In this document: positions 40,390 through 41,160 of the stretch, piece by piece
How the letters are laid out: the number at the start of each line of letters is the position of its first letter
How positions within the stretch are numbered: the first letter of the stretch is position 1
DNA from: Burkholderiales bacterium
GTDB taxonomy: Bacteria; Pseudomonadota; Gammaproteobacteria; Burkholderiales; SG8-39
Length of the DNA: 41,160 nucleotides
Reading direction: 5' to 3'
NCBI GenBank assembly: GCA_025929745.1
Contig: JAICPQ010000001.1
Location: 1 to 41,160, forward strand
Program-made: the position numbers and the translations under genes
The notes under the pieces: model-generated
Told to the model about the DNA's origin: nothing
Databases searched by the model: none
What the model saw: only the letters and a program-made list of their open reading frames with translations

Positions 40390-41160
40390 TCAGCCTTCGG
40401 GGCGCATATGCGGGAAGAGGATGACGTCCCGGATGCTCGGGCTGTCGGTGAGCAGCATCACCAGCCGGTCGATGCCAAGTCCGCCGCCCGCGCACGGCGG
40501 CATGCCGTACTCAAGCGCGCGGATGTAATCCGCGTCGTAGTGCATCGCTTCCTGGTCGCCCGCGTCCTTCATCTTTACTTGCTCCATGAATCGCGCCGCC
40601 TGATCCTCCGGGTCGTTCAGCTCGGAGAATCCGTTGGCGATCTCCTTCGCATCGATGAAAAGCTCGAAGCGGTCGGCGACGTCCGGATCGCCGTCGCGCC
40701 GCCGCGAGAGCGGCGAAACTTCGGCCGGAAAATCGGTGATGAAGGTCGGCTCCACCAGGTGCTTCTCGGCGATCGCCTCGAAAAGCATGAGCTGCAGCGC
40801 GCCCCACCCCTGGTGCTTCTCGTATTCAACTGTGAGCGAATCGAGCTTCCGCCCAAGAAAAGCCCGATCGCGGAGGTCGCCATCCACGCCATGGCGCCGG
40901 ATCGCGTCGGGAATGGCAAGCCGCGCGAACGGCTTGCCGAAATCGATCTGCTTGCCCTGATAGGTCACGACGGCGTTGTTCGCGGCGCTGCGCACGAGCT
41001 TCTCGGTGTGGTCCATCATGTAGCGCCAGTCCTCGTAGGCGCAATACCACTCGAGCATCGTGAACTCCGGGTTGTGCCGCGTCGAGATGCCCTCGTTCCT
41101 GAAGTTGCGGTTGATCTCGAACACGCGCTCGAGCCCGCCGACCACGAGGCGCTTGAGATA
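40390..41160 (-). CDS. lysS: lysine--tRNA ligase, 3' portion (5' end beyond the window)
   Basis: Class II motifs: [31 protein letters not shown] and [13 protein letters not shown]. The frame stays open to the window end. Confidence 0.9.
   Translation of the reverse strand, partial: YLKRLVVGGLERVFEINRNFRNEGISTRHNPEFTMLEWYCAYEDWRYMMDHTEKLVRSAANNAVVTYQGKQIDFGKPFARLAIPDAIRRHGVDGDLRDRAFLGRKLDSLTVEYEKHQGWGALQLMLFEAIAEKHLVEPTFITDFPAEVSPLSRRRDGDPDVADRFELFIDAKEIANGFSELNDPEDQAARFMEQVKMKDAGDQEAMHYDADYIRALEYGMPPCAGGGLGIDRLVMLLTDSPSIRDVILFPHMRPEG

Overview
Dense chromosomal core region from a high-GC, Betaproteobacteria-like (Burkholderiales-type) genome, judged from gene content and synteny only. About 45 protein genes and one tRNA fill the window. 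Many neighbouring genes overlap by 4 to 65 nt, and I could not support any clear intrinsic terminator.

Gene blocks in order:
- LPS heptose and envelope genes: GmhA/DiaA-like SIS protein, BON lipoprotein, hldC.
- rhlE, glnB, trxB-smr and a Crp-family regulator.
- The conserved ftsK-lolA-rarA-serS block, followed by tRNA-Ser(CGA).
- An SDR, an orphan form-II CoxL-like molybdenum hydroxylase subunit and a TonB-like gene.
- An Fe(3+) FbpABC-type transporter whose permease gene is inverted relative to its partners.
- A Fur-box palindrome, followed by an ambiguous small-ORF region and an orphan mini-secretin.
- yoaA/dinG, bamD-rluD-pgeF and a ZIP transporter.
- A complete PHB cluster (phaC-phaA-phaB-phaB'-phaR), then rimO, a second thiolase, recQ, a patatin-like lipase, a glycine-zipper protein and the 3' part of lysS.

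I saw no transposase, integrase, prophage gene, CRISPR array or recognisable defence system.

The most unusual stretch is 17.5-23.2 kb. It is an iron-related neighbourhood with a 45-bp dyad carrying back-to-back promoters and Fur-like boxes. It has no TonB-dependent receptor, but it does hold an unexplained 255-aa secretin-like protein.

Other oddities:
- rimO has no canonical start codon in front of its conserved N-terminus.
- A hairpin sequesters the Shine-Dalgarno sequence between the tandem phaB paralogs.
- Several -10-like elements lie so close to start codons that the mRNAs would be leaderless or nearly so.

All functional calls rest on motif recognition by eye. Nothing was searched against a database.
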